Below are positions 9,976 to 19,967 of a DNA stretch of 55,170 nt, one piece after another (within the stretch, counting starts at the first letter, position 1; each line of letters starts with the position of its first letter). The position numbers were made by a program, and so were the translations under genes. The notes beneath the pieces were generated by a model. It saw only the letters and a program-made list of their open reading frames with translations, did no database searches and was not told the origin of the DNA. Location of the stretch: the IMG/VR virus record IMGVR_UViG_3300033565_000003, positions 1 to 55,170 of that record, one strand, 5' to 3'. This stretch comes from a virus (Duplodnaviria; Caudoviricetes).

Positions 9976-11313
9976 ATGACAAACAAACAGCTACATATAG
10001 GTATTGATCTTGCACTTAAAGTGTTTAACCCTACACTTCTTAGTAGGCTTTTACCACAAGAAAAAGATTATATTATCAATAAGATTATAATGGATCTTAT
10101 TCATACTACTGCTGAAGATGCTCGTCATAGTGTTTTAAATAATGAAAGTTATACTGAAATATCTAATTTTTACAATATACTTGAGCCATATCTTATTACT
10201 AAACAATTAGAATTAGTTGCATTACAAGGTAATCATAATGATTATGCATTACCTGTTTATGAATCTGTTATAACTAATAATACACAAGAAATAATGTGTG
10301 GTGTTAGATATAAAGTAGAAGAAGTTGGTACACTTAATTCTGATATTGCTATTTTAAATACTGAATATGCTGATTATATATCTAATCCTCCAATCTATAT
10401 TGAGAACGATATATTTGAATTTCCATCAATAGATGCTACATTTAAAGTTATTACTGGTGATACGGTTTTAAATATATATGCTGGTATCACATATCAACTG
10501 CTTCGTGGTATTACTTATGATTTAAGTGCATATGGTTTACCAGTTAACAGTCCTATTGGAACTATATTTAAATGTACAAATACAGGTGTTATTGATATTC
10601 ACGCAATCCCTACAGAAGTAGAAGATGTATTACTAAGACCTTTAAGTTTTACTTTAACTCAAGGTACAGGAGTTAAACTTGTTGCTATTAAAAATTATAA
10701 TGTATTTGAACATATTAGCCTTGATGCTTTAATTGATACTGATATATTATTATATAGAATTCTAGATAATCTTAATCAACCTTTAATTAAAGGTAAAACA
10801 TATAAAGTTACTAGTTTTAGTAGATATTATGATCTTGTTGATTTTGGTAGTGATTATGATTATGTTGAAGTAGGATACAAATTTGTATGTACTAAAGATG
10901 GATATCCTAGAATATGGTTTGATGTACCAGAAGCTGGGCCTAATCAAGGTGAACCACAATACGATAATGTTAGTCTTATTCAACTAAAAGATATTGCTTG
11001 TAGGCTTGTTAAACCTAATGATGTTAAATCATTTTTAAATCATGCTTATTTAGGTGCTGATGTTTCTCCTTTATATACATTAAACGATGGTAAAGTTAGT
11101 GTATATCACGATAATAAATACAATATTGATAGCGTTAAACTTGTTTATGCTAGACAACCAGTTGTTATTGATAGTGACGTTGATATAGAAACTGATTTGA
11201 ATCCTAGTATTCATCCACAGTTAGTAACTTTAGCTGTAAAAGAAATTGTATCAACTAGTCAACCACAACTTTATCCAACTGTAAACGCTCAAGTTCAATC
11301 ATCTAAAATCTAA
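9976..11313 (+). CDS. tail ring / head-tail adaptor protein with inserted small beta repeats
   Basis: Likely start is ATG 9976 (MTNKQLHIGIDL), because GTG 9955 lies inside the hairpin. N-terminal LLPQEKDYIIN and C-terminal YARQP...LNPSIHPQLVTLAV resemble crAss ring proteins. Confidence 0.65.
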   Translation: MTNKQLHIGIDLALKVFNPTLLSRLLPQEKDYIINKIIMDLIHTTAEDARHSVLNNESYTEISNFYNILEPYLITKQLELVALQGNHNDYALPVYESVITNNTQEIMCGVRYKVEEVGTLNSDIAILNTEYADYISNPPIYIENDIFEFPSIDATFKVITGDTVLNIYAGITYQLLRGITYDLSAYGLPVNSPIGTIFKCTNTGVIDIHAIPTEVEDVLLRPLSFTLTQGTGVKLVAIKNYNVFEHISLDALIDTDILLYRILDNLNQPLIKGKTYKVTSFSRYYDLVDFGSDYDYVEVGYKFVCTKDGYPRIWFDVPEAGPNQGEPQYDNVSLIQLKDIACRLVKPNDVKSFLNHAYLGADVSPLYTLNDGKVSVYHDNKYNIDSVKLVYARQPVVIDSDVDIETDLNPSIHPQLVTLAVKEIVSTSQPQLYPTVNAQVQSSKI

Positions 11314-11419
11314 CGTCATGAGAGAATATGTATTAGTACATATCATAACTCATTGGAATAGTGAACTAACATTTCGATTTAAACAAACTAACATACTCAT
11401 TCATAAAATCCTTTCAGTT

Positions 11420-11713
11420 ATGAGTCCAGAAAAAGAAACAAAATTTGGTGTTACTTTTGGTCAAATATATTTAACTCTTAGTCTGCTAGCTACTATTGTA
11501 ATAGGTGGTGGCACAGCTTGGAGTAATATCAATAGTCGTATTACAGCTTTAGAGACTAGCAAAGTAAGTTTAGAGAAATCTATATTAGTAGATAGAGCTG
11601 AGAATCGTGAAGAACATAAATTAATAGTTGATAAATTAGATAGAAATAATGAAGCATTAAATCTACTAATAGGTGCTGTAAATGATAATTCACAAGACAT
11701 AAGAAGCAAGTAA
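11420..11713 (+). CDS. small single-TM plus coiled-coil membrane protein (possibly lysis-related)
   Basis: TM segment IYLTLSLLATIVIGGGTAW followed by coiled coil INSRITALE...IVDKLDR. Alternative in-frame start at 11318. Confidence 0.55.
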   Translation: MSPEKETKFGVTFGQIYLTLSLLATIVIGGGTAWSNINSRITALETSKVSLEKSILVDRAENREEHKLIVDKLDRNNEALNLLIGAVNDNSQDIRSK

Positions 11714-12411
11714 TGGCTAAACTTGATCATATAGTTACTCAAATAGCAGATTCTCTTAATCGACCAATTGATGCTGCATTAAAAGCTAGGATTAAAGAAT
11801 TGGTTATTCAAGAGTTTGCTATGTTTGTTAGTCGTAGTATTAATAAATATGGTATAGATAAGGAGTTTGTATATTCTTATACTATTACTGAATTTACGAT
11901 AACTAACTATATTAATCAAAAAGAGTTAACTATACCATATCTAACAACTGTTAATAAAATACCTAGACCACTTAGATATGAAAGCGATACTCCATTTGTG
12001 TATGTTGGCTTAGAAGAGGGTAATATCCCTTTTGCTTTTCGTAATTTTAGTAGTAGACAGTATACAAATCTTTTGCCTAATGTTGGACTTATTCCATCAT
12101 ATGATTTTCATGAAGATAGGATACGTATTTGGAATGCCCCTATTGAACTTATGATTCCTAAATTATATGATGATCCTAATCCACCTGATAATATTGTTGC
12201 ACCTACAGCTAAATTGTTAGTACAACAAGTTCCTGCTGATCCTAGAGCATCTAGTACACCTGATGTTATACAAAATATATTTGATGGTGATAAAGAATTT
12301 CCTATTACACAGGATATGGTTCAGCAAATCAAGCTTTCACTCCTAAAGGGTGAGTTAAGTGTTACAGATAGTAAAGATAAAATAGAAGCTACACATCTAG
12401 AGAACAACTAA
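11713..12411 (+). CDS. tail ring protein, crAss-like
   Basis: TAATG-coupled to the previous gene. TVNKIPRPLR...PFVYVG and EFPITQDMVQQIK motifs resemble crAss ring proteins. Confidence 0.6.
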   Translation: MAKLDHIVTQIADSLNRPIDAALKARIKELVIQEFAMFVSRSINKYGIDKEFVYSYTITEFTITNYINQKELTIPYLTTVNKIPRPLRYESDTPFVYVGLEEGNIPFAFRNFSSRQYTNLLPNVGLIPSYDFHEDRIRIWNAPIELMIPKLYDDPNPPDNIVAPTAKLLVQQVPADPRASSTPDVIQNIFDGDKEFPITQDMVQQIKLSLLKGELSVTDSKDKIEATHLENN

Positions 12412-13304
12412 TGACAAACGTAAACGTAACATATGGTTCATACGATGATAAAGTTAATTCTTTATATAATAAGGAATTTGCTTTAAATGAATCATTAACT
12501 AAACTTGTTAATGACAATATTAATGAGATTCAACTGCTACATGATAAGTATGAATTTAAAACAAATATAGCAGAACTATTGAAACAAGTTAATAAGATAT
12601 CACTTACTAACGATGATAATACTTTTGTTAGACGTGATAATGCTCATATATTAACTTGTATTGCTCTTGATAATGAACATCCTAAACAGAAACTCTTGCT
12701 ATTTAAAGTAAGACTTCTTATTACTTTATCAACTAGACTTTATTATAGTACACAACGTCTAGTTAAATATAAGAATATGAAGATGCCTTACTATAGCTTT
12801 AACTACCTTAATACTGCTATTAACACTGAAATGGCAAAATCTATACTTCGTGGGTATAATTTTAATTTTGGTATTGGTAGTGTTAATATGGGTAGCATAC
12901 GAGTTGAAGAAGTAGAACGCAAGTTTGATGAAGAAGGTTATCCTACTGATCGTTCTATTAATTGGGAAGAAAGCAAAATACTCAAACAAGCGTTAATTGC
13001 AGACGGTATAGAGGTATATAATAAGGAGAGTAAACCTAATGGTCGCAAATGGTTTGTGTATCATACAGAGCCTTATATCTACTATATTAATTGGTTTATA
13101 TCAATGTATTCGCATAAGATGATTAAATTCTTTAAGTTTGAACCTACTGCTTTTATTAATACAAAGAATAGAGCAAACAGTGATATACTTGATGATTATA
13201 ACATTGATGTAGAAGATATCATTAATAACCCTAAACTTGGTTTCTCTACCAAATTAAATAACATTATCAAAAAAGATCCTAGTTACGTTTTAACATACAG
13301 ATAA
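12411..13304 (+). CDS. IHF/HU-like protein of the crAss structural module with N-terminal extension
   Basis: AINTEMAKSILRGYNFNFG...MGSIRVEE resembles the HU/IHF helix-strand core, followed by INWEESK...GRKWFVYH...YYINW. Located just before the tail tubular gene. Confidence 0.5.
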   Translation: MTNVNVTYGSYDDKVNSLYNKEFALNESLTKLVNDNINEIQLLHDKYEFKTNIAELLKQVNKISLTNDDNTFVRRDNAHILTCIALDNEHPKQKLLLFKVRLLITLSTRLYYSTQRLVKYKNMKMPYYSFNYLNTAINTEMAKSILRGYNFNFGIGSVNMGSIRVEEVERKFDEEGYPTDRSINWEESKILKQALIADGIEVYNKESKPNGRKWFVYHTEPYIYYINWFISMYSHKMIKFFKFEPTAFINTKNRANSDILDDYNIDVEDIINNPKLGFSTKLNNIIKKDPSYVLTYR

Positions 13305-13307
13305 GTT

Positions 13308-14000
13308 ATGGTACAGTATATTAGTGGTAGAGAACTTATTGCAAGGATAGAATTTGATATATCCTTTGATAATACTGATTGGATTGCTAAAGCTCCACTA
13401 TGGATTGCTGATTGTCTTGCATTAATGGATATCGCACCGGCTCTTCAACCTGTATATGTTGATGTTGCAATTGTTGATAATCAATGTATTGCTCCACTTA
13501 ATATAAAAATACTTGATGGTATTACTATTGATAACATACCATTAACACCACATACTGCTTATAATGGTGGTAAAGATTTGAATCATGCATTACGTTATGC
13601 TACTAAAGTAGATACAGATACAGCAACAACAGTTGTAGAATTTGGAGTAGAAACAGGTACTGCTAGATTTTACTATCATATACCAGCTGTTGAACCAATT
13701 GATGATTATAACGTAATAATGCCTAAAGTTATTGACGATATATTTGTCTTTGAAACAGTTAAATGGTTTATTGTTATGAAGATGCTTCAACGAGGTTATG
13801 TTCATAGTATATATACGCTTAAAGATAATAATCCATTTACTAACGTCGGTTTACTTTGGAAAGAATATGAAGCTAAAGCTCGTAATCATGTTAGTACAAT
13901 GAATCAAGCTGAACTTAAAGTGTTGTTTGATATGCAACGTGAACTGATTAAAGATTATGATTATTTTTATCGTGGTAATTTTACACCTGTAATACAATAA
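13308..14000 (+). CDS. tail tubular / ring protein (P22 gp4-like, crAss Ttub family)
   Basis: YISGRELIARI...DWIAKAPLWIADCL N-terminus and MPKVID...VKWFIVMKML...W.EY..KAR C-terminus are typical of this family. Confidence 0.7.
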   Translation: MVQYISGRELIARIEFDISFDNTDWIAKAPLWIADCLALMDIAPALQPVYVDVAIVDNQCIAPLNIKILDGITIDNIPLTPHTAYNGGKDLNHALRYATKVDTDTATTVVEFGVETGTARFYYHIPAVEPIDDYNVIMPKVIDDIFVFETVKWFIVMKMLQRGYVHSIYTLKDNNPFTNVGLLWKEYEAKARNHVSTMNQAELKVLFDMQRELIKDYDYFYRGNFTPVIQ

Positions 14001-14003
14001 ACT

Positions 14004-15518
14004 ATGAGTGATATATTAGATAGCAAACGAATTAAAGATTTAGAACACGCAATGAGTGTTGTTATGTCTTTGCGTATTCCTGTAGATAATACTTCATTTG
14101 CTAATGCTAAATATATTACAGTAGCTGAATTGGGTACTGCTATTGGTGCTAATACTGCTGGTTATATCTATCCCACTACTGTACCTAATTTATTAGACCT
14201 TAACATTACAGTAGCTGAAGTTGTAACTGCTGACCCATATGCTACTAAAAAACTTGTTGATCCTGGTTTTCCTTATATGTATATTGGTGGTGCTAATCCT
14301 ACATATACTAATCCATTAAAGATTGATGGCAATTTATATGCTACAAACGTTTATATTAGTGGGGGTACACCTAGTAAATATTATGGTACAGATGCTAATA
14401 ACAAATTAGTACCTATGACTGACCCTGATACTTTTTGGCAACGTTCAGGTAGTAGACTTCTTCCAAGAGTATCAACTGATTATCTTAGTATTATATTAAT
14501 ATCTGGTTCTAACATTCCCGTTATGGGAAATCATACAGGTGCTGTTACAGGTGTAGCAGGTATTTCTAATACTGGCTATGGTGTATATGCACAATCAGGT
14601 TCAGGTGTTGCATTTAGAGCAAGTGGTGGTACTATGGCTGCTGAATTAGCTTCATATACTGCAGTATTAAATGATATTACTCCAATTGTTAAGCTAACAA
14701 AAACAAATCAAGGAACACCTACTGTTGGATTTGGACAATATCTTCAATTTCAATTACATAATGCTAATACTCCTAGAGTAATACTAGATTCTGGATATAT
14801 AATTAATAAATGGACAGATGTAACAGTTGGTGCAGAACATTCATCATTTGAATTACATTTAGTTAATGCTGGTACAATTGCTAAAGCATTAGAACTTACA
14901 GGTTCAGGTGAGTTAAAACTTAATAACACATTAACCGTTGCAGTAACAGGTGCTGGTGGTTCATATCCTTCACTTTATGGAACTTCTGATAGTGGTATTG
15001 GTGCTTATGGATTGAGTGGAACTGGTAGAGGTATATTAGGTTATTCTACATCAGGAGAAGGTGTACAAGGATCATCTGATTCTGGGGTTGGAATATCTGC
15101 TAGTTCTGTAACTGGAACAGCAGGTCAATTTAGTTTAAGACCAGCATCTACTGATACTCTTTTAGAAGTGTTGAGAATTACTAGAAACTCTATTAATCCA
15201 GGTGCTATTGGATTAGGTGGATATATATCTATTGCTGGAAGAATAGTTGCTGATGTTACTTCTGAATTAGGAAGATTTGGTGCTAAATGGACAAGTGTAA
15301 TTGCTGGTTCTGAAACTTCATCTTTAGAATGGTGGACTAAAAATTTAGGTGTATTAGCTAAACAAATGGAACTTAATAGTATAGGAAAACTTACTATTGC
15401 TACAATAAAACAAACTAGTATACCAGTATATAGTGATAATGCTGCGGCTTTAATTGGTGGACTTACAGCTGGTGATACATATAGGACATCCACAGGACAA
15501 CAAATGATAGTTTATTAA
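14004..15518 (+). CDS. tail fibre protein with two internal repeat modules
   Basis: N-terminal KRIKDL...IPVD...KYITVAEL anchor-type motif, Gly-rich GxYGxSxxGxG repeats, and C-terminal PVYSDNAAALIGGLTAGDTYRT motif. Confidence 0.7.
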   Translation: MSDILDSKRIKDLEHAMSVVMSLRIPVDNTSFANAKYITVAELGTAIGANTAGYIYPTTVPNLLDLNITVAEVVTADPYATKKLVDPGFPYMYIGGANPTYTNPLKIDGNLYATNVYISGGTPSKYYGTDANNKLVPMTDPDTFWQRSGSRLLPRVSTDYLSIILISGSNIPVMGNHTGAVTGVAGISNTGYGVYAQSGSGVAFRASGGTMAAELASYTAVLNDITPIVKLTKTNQGTPTVGFGQYLQFQLHNANTPRVILDSGYIINKWTDVTVGAEHSSFELHLVNAGTIAKALELTGSGELKLNNTLTVAVTGAGGSYPSLYGTSDSGIGAYGLSGTGRGILGYSTSGEGVQGSSDSGVGISASSVTGTAGQFSLRPASTDTLLEVLRITRNSINPGAIGLGGYISIAGRIVADVTSELGRFGAKWTSVIAGSETSSLEWWTKNLGVLAKQMELNSIGKLTIATIKQTSIPVYSDNAAALIGGLTAGDTYRTSTGQQMIVY

Positions 15519-15522
15519 CGTA

Positions 15523-15756
15523 ATGCTTATAATTATGATAAATACTGAAATGTTAGTAGCTAGGAATGTAGAACTTAAACAAGAATTAGATAATATCAAT
15601 AAAGATATATCAGAAATTCAAGCTACAATGCAACAACTACAACAAGCTCTTACCAATAAAATAGCAGAAGCTAATGGAGTAATTGGTAAAGGTAATGAAA
15701 TTGAAAGACTTATAAAACTAATTGATAAACCTCTAAATACTGATAACAATGAATAA
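15523..15756 (+). CDS. small coiled-coil protein, possible fibre chaperone (paralogue of 21713-21943)
   Basis: Continuous heptad pattern, follows a fibre gene. Start could be at a downstream ATG. Confidence 0.6.
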   Translation: MLIIMINTEMLVARNVELKQELDNINKDISEIQATMQQLQQALTNKIAEANGVIGKGNEIERLIKLIDKPLNTDNNE

Positions 15757-16111
15757 ACTACAAATAACAGCAGAACTTAATAATCCTATTGGTATTAGAC
15801 TTGTTGAATCAATCAATGCCTTAATAGATACAATTGAAACTGGAGTTCAAGCCACAGTTACTATGTTTACTAAAACTATAACATTACCTGTTACTGTTGT
15901 AGATACATATGAATTAGGTAGTACTTTTACACCACCTATCGATAAACAACCATCACTATATAATGCAATGAAAATTGAAGGTGATGGAACTGGTACAGAT
16001 TATTCTTTTGTAATAGGAGGTTTTAGACCTAATGTAGATGGAATACATTGGGATATTATGTTTCCTGCAAATGATACAGAAATTACTAACCTAATAATAA
16101 ATGTACAATGA
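15749..16111 (+). CDS. hypothetical protein (120 aa), probable virion accessory
   Basis: Overlaps both neighbours, ending in an ATGA overlap. N-terminal helix followed by a beta-rich domain. Confidence 0.6.
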   Translation: MNKLQITAELNNPIGIRLVESINALIDTIETGVQATVTMFTKTITLPVTVVDTYELGSTFTPPIDKQPSLYNAMKIEGDGTGTDYSFVIGGFRPNVDGIHWDIMFPANDTEITNLIINVQ

Positions 16112-16986
16112 AAACTAGAACTTTAATTACAATACTTATAGCAAGTCTTACTCCTTTACTTGCATTTAATCAAACTACACCTGATTCTAAAAACTGGAAA
16201 CATACAGGTAAACATAGATTTACACAAGAAGTTGTAATTCAAACTGATACTATTAATGCAGTTAAGATAGGTCATCTTGATAACTTTATAGCAAATATAG
16301 GAGATACACTTGATCTTGGTAGTGTTGCTGTACTTGACAGTGATACTACGCTTCAAAAACCTGGTCATGTAGCTAGTAGATATGATTTTAAGAACGAAGC
16401 AGTAAAAACTCCTCTATTAAGGATTCTAAAAGGATTTGGTTCAACAGTAAAGTTAACACCACTCTTAGAAGTAGGTTATCCTTCTAATAATCCTATGATT
16501 GATGGTAGAGGATATTATACTCTTAGTTATACAGCGGATAGTTGTGTAGTGACAGGATTTAAATTTACTATGGCAACAGCTGGTAATTATAATTCAGATC
16601 AATATAATGGAATTGCTTTGTTTTCTATTTCTGGTGGTAGCAATGGAGTAGGTACATTAGTAAGTCAAACAGCAGATGATGGCGCTATATGGAAGAACAC
16701 AGCCTCAACTCTTGTTACAAAAGCATTACCTACACCTGTAACCATACCACCGGGGTATTATCATATAGTTTGTGTATGGAATACATCTGATGCTTCTCCT
16801 GTACAAATTCCAAGTATTCATGGTACTACTCTTCCACTTGTATGGAATATTGGGCAAGGTTGGACTAATGCTTCAAATGTTGGATTTTGTAGTTATATAA
16901 CAGGACAGAACACATTGGCTAGCCCTTTTAATCTTAGTACATTTACGAATCAAAGTGTACTACAACCTAATATAATTGCTTATTAA
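16108..16986 (+). CDS. signal-peptide-bearing fibre/adhesin-like protein with C-terminal beta-sandwich
   Basis: N-terminus MKTRTLITILIASLTPLLAFNQ has basic n-region and hydrophobic h-region. C-terminal ~170 aa is beta-rich (VVTGFKF, GIALFS, PPGYYHIV). Confidence 0.6.
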   Translation: MKTRTLITILIASLTPLLAFNQTTPDSKNWKHTGKHRFTQEVVIQTDTINAVKIGHLDNFIANIGDTLDLGSVAVLDSDTTLQKPGHVASRYDFKNEAVKTPLLRILKGFGSTVKLTPLLEVGYPSNNPMIDGRGYYTLSYTADSCVVTGFKFTMATAGNYNSDQYNGIALFSISGGSNGVGTLVSQTADDGAIWKNTASTLVTKALPTPVTIPPGYYHIVCVWNTSDASPVQIPSIHGTTLPLVWNIGQGWTNASNVGFCSYITGQNTLASPFNLSTFTNQSVLQPNIIAY

Positions 16987-16987
16987 T

Positions 16988-19285
16988 ATGAAAAAGATAC
17001 TTTTCACACTAATTATAGTAATGGTAGGCTTGTTTACAAGTGCTACTAATTACTATTTTAAGACTGCTGGTAATGATGGTCTTACAGGTCTTTCTGATGC
17101 TCAAGCATGGACTTATGCAAAACTTAGTACTTTCAGTTTTGCGGCAGGTGATACAGCATTTTTGAAAAGAGGTGAAACATATAATGGAACTATCACTCCT
17201 GCAACATCAGGAACATTTGCTAATCGTATTGTTTTTAGTGCGTATGGTTCAGGTGCAAAACCTATTGTGAGTGGTTTTACTACAATTACAGGATGGAGTA
17301 ATGAAGGTGATGGAATTTATAGTAAAATTATTTCTGCTGCATCTACTCCTAATGTATTAACTATTAATGGAGTGAATACAGCTTATGGTAGATATCCTAA
17401 TACTACATTTCTTACAATTGATAGTCATGTAGGAACTACTACAATTACTGACGCTGCTACTCCAAGTTCTACAATAAATTGGACAGGTGCAATAATGATG
17501 GTTAGATTTGCACATTGGCTTATTAATAAATGTCCTGTTACTGGTCATTCAGGAACTACGATTACTTATACTAATCCTATTTCTTATGCACCTACTAATG
17601 GTTGGGGTTTCTTCTTTGAAAATGATGTTCGAACACTTGATGTACTTGGTGAATGGGCTTATGTAGGTGGTAAACTATCAGTTTATTTTGGTGCTGCTAA
17701 TCCAGATACATATACTGTTAAGTTATCAACTATTAATAGATGTGTTTCACTTAGTTCTCGTAGTTATATTACTATTCATAATCTTAATTTACAAGGTGCT
17801 AATGTTGAAGCTGTTTATTCAACAGGAACTTATAATACAGTAAAGGATTGTGATATTTCTTTTTGCGGTGATAATGGGATTACTCTTTGGTCAGGTGCAA
17901 CTTATAATACTGTTGATGGTTGTAATATTACTCAAATTCAGAACAGAGGAGTACTTGGATTAGCTGCTGATCAAACAATTAAAAATAATTATATTCATGC
18001 TATTGCTTTATTACCTGGAATGGGTCATTCTATTAATAAAGGTCAAATGGCAATATCATGTCAAGGAAGTGCTGGTTATAATAATAATACATTGATTGAA
18101 TATAACAGAATTGATAGCATAGGCTATAATGGAATAACATTTAGTGGAAACAATTCAATTGTTAGATTTAATTATGTTACTAATTATTGTAAAAATCTTG
18201 ATGATGGAACAGGTATTTATACAGGTGGAAATCAATATATAGGTAGGAAAATCTACAATAATATAACTGTTAATGATTTTACTTTTGAATCTACTTCAAT
18301 ACTTGGAACTACTGCTACTACTGCATCTACAATGGGTATATATTGTGATGATAACTCAACTGCAATTAGTGTTTACAATAATACTACATCAACAGCACAA
18401 TATGGTATTTATTTACATGGTTCACATGAAATTGAAGCATATAATAATATTGTATATAATACTAATTTTGGAGTAGGTTATTTATCAAGCAGTTCTTATG
18501 ATCCTATGAGAAATAATAATGTACGTAGAAATATTATTTATGCAACTAATGCAACACAATACGTTACTTATCATTCAACTTGGACTACTGATGTTGCTTT
18601 ATTTGGTGCAATTGATAGTAATTATTATTGTAGACCTTCAGCAGAATCAACTGCTAAATTTAAAACAGTTACGGTAGGAGCAACTTCTTACAAAACCCTT
18701 GCTCAATGGAAAACACATAGTAGTCTTGATGCTAATTCTTTTAATACTCCTTATACAAGTTCAAATGTAATTTTAGTTTACAACCCTAAAGTAGCAGATA
18801 GTATAGTTGATTTAGATGAATTTAGATATAAAGAAGCTAATGGGACAACACATACTGGAACTGCTACTCTTGGTGCGTATGAGGGTAAATTACTATTTAA
18901 AGATGATACATATGATCCTGTACCAGAAGTACTATCTATTATAAATCTTGATACTCCTTATAATTTAGCATCACGTACATTAAACATTTATGCTTCAACT
19001 ATAGATGATGGTGGTGGTACAATATCAGAAAGAGGTATAGTTTGGAATACTTCCCCTACTCCAACAACAGCTAATAACAAACAGACTCAAGGTACTGGTT
19101 TAGGAGTTATGTATTTTACTATTTATACTCTTACTCCAAGTACTACATATTATATGCGTGCATATGCTATTAATGAAGCTGGCACAGCTTATAGTAATGA
19201 GATTAGTTTTAGAACTGCTGCCAAATCTTATATGAATAAAGCAGGTATAACTGTAGTGTATAAAGGTAAAGTGCTTAAATACTAA
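16988..19285 (+). CDS. secreted-type right-handed parallel beta-helix protein with C-terminal fibronectin type III domain
   Basis: Signal peptide MKKILFTLIIVMVGLFTSA then TNYYFKTAGNDG, GDTAFLKRGETY, Asn-ladder repeats (IEYNRI, VRFNYV, IYNNI, VYNNT, AYNNI), DDGTGIY, and Bacteroidales-style FN3 (ERGIVW...LTPSTTYYMRAYAINEAGTAYS). Start adjusted from 16976 to ATG 16988. Confidence 0.8.
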   Translation: MKKILFTLIIVMVGLFTSATNYYFKTAGNDGLTGLSDAQAWTYAKLSTFSFAAGDTAFLKRGETYNGTITPATSGTFANRIVFSAYGSGAKPIVSGFTTITGWSNEGDGIYSKIISAASTPNVLTINGVNTAYGRYPNTTFLTIDSHVGTTTITDAATPSSTINWTGAIMMVRFAHWLINKCPVTGHSGTTITYTNPISYAPTNGWGFFFENDVRTLDVLGEWAYVGGKLSVYFGAANPDTYTVKLSTINRCVSLSSRSYITIHNLNLQGANVEAVYSTGTYNTVKDCDISFCGDNGITLWSGATYNTVDGCNITQIQNRGVLGLAADQTIKNNYIHAIALLPGMGHSINKGQMAISCQGSAGYNNNTLIEYNRIDSIGYNGITFSGNNSIVRFNYVTNYCKNLDDGTGIYTGGNQYIGRKIYNNITVNDFTFESTSILGTTATTASTMGIYCDDNSTAISVYNNTTSTAQYGIYLHGSHEIEAYNNIVYNTNFGVGYLSSSSYDPMRNNNVRRNIIYATNATQYVTYHSTWTTDVALFGAIDSNYYCRPSAESTAKFKTVTVGATSYKTLAQWKTHSSLDANSFNTPYTSSNVILVYNPKVADSIVDLDEFRYKEANGTTHTGTATLGAYEGKLLFKDDTYDPVPEVLSIINLDTPYNLASRTLNIYASTIDDGGGTISERGIVWNTSPTPTTANNKQTQGTGLGVMYFTIYTLTPSTTYYMRAYAINEAGTAYSNEISFRTAAKSYMNKAGITVVYKGKVLKY

Positions 19286-19289
19286 TATT

Positions 19290-19595
19290 ATGAAAAATAT
19301 AACATCGAAGAATGTAAAAGATGCTTTTCAATACTTTATTATATTAGTATTGGTAGTAGCAATGATTGTACTTATAGGAATGTTATTTAAAATTAAACTT
19401 CCAGAAGAGAATAGAGAGATTGCATTGATACTTATCGGTCAATTCTCTGCTAAATTTGCTGATGGTATTTCGTTCCTTATTAATTCTAGTAAAGGTAGTG
19501 CTGAGAAATCTGAAACTATTGCTAAACTACCTGCTTTACCTAGTGAAAATTCTGATGTTAAATCAATTAAAGTAGAAACAACTGAAACTAATTAA
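19290..19595 (+). CDS. holin-like membrane protein
   Basis: TM segment FIILVLVVAMIVLIGMLF, second hydrophobic helix IALILIGQF...ISFLINSSKGSAEK (resembles the FFGSSxGSxxK motif of small phage holins), and a charged tail. Confidence 0.6.
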   Translation: MKNITSKNVKDAFQYFIILVLVVAMIVLIGMLFKIKLPEENREIALILIGQFSAKFADGISFLINSSKGSAEKSETIAKLPALPSENSDVKSIKVETTETN

Positions 19596-19607
19596 TATAA
19601 TACTATA

Positions 19608-19967
19608 ATGACAGAACTAATAGCAGATAAAATTTTACAAATGGCAATTGTTGCTGGAGTACTTATTGTACTTAGAGAATCATTTAAACGTCGTGATGAA
19701 GTAAAACCTAGTAAAGCTGTTTCTAATTGGTGGCATATCTATGGTTGGTTTATGCGACTTTTTGTAATAGGTATTGTGTATCAAGTTAGTCATAATTGGT
19801 GGTATGTTTTATTTATGGTTGTACTTCTATTTCCTATATATAATATAGGTTGTGCAATAGGTGGTAAACAGAAATGGTATTATCTTAGTGGTAAAGGTAT
19901 TGATGGATTGCTACTAGATATTTGGATGTTTATTAAGAAACAATACAACAAACTAATAAAGAAATAA
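19608..19967 (+). CDS. small multi-pass membrane protein
   Basis: About three hydrophobic segments, Trp/His-rich (WWHIYGWF, HNWWY), basic C-terminus. Confidence 0.6.
   Translation: MTELIADKILQMAIVAGVLIVLRESFKRRDEVKPSKAVSNWWHIYGWFMRLFVIGIVYQVSHNWWYVLFMVVLLFPIYNIGCAIGGKQKWYYLSGKGIDGLLLDIWMFIKKQYNKLIKK

Noticed and set aside
16976-16987. Upstream TTG start (MLIN) for the beta-helix protein
   Set aside because: ATG 16988 follows the previous stop by 1 nt and starts a canonical MKK signal peptide.
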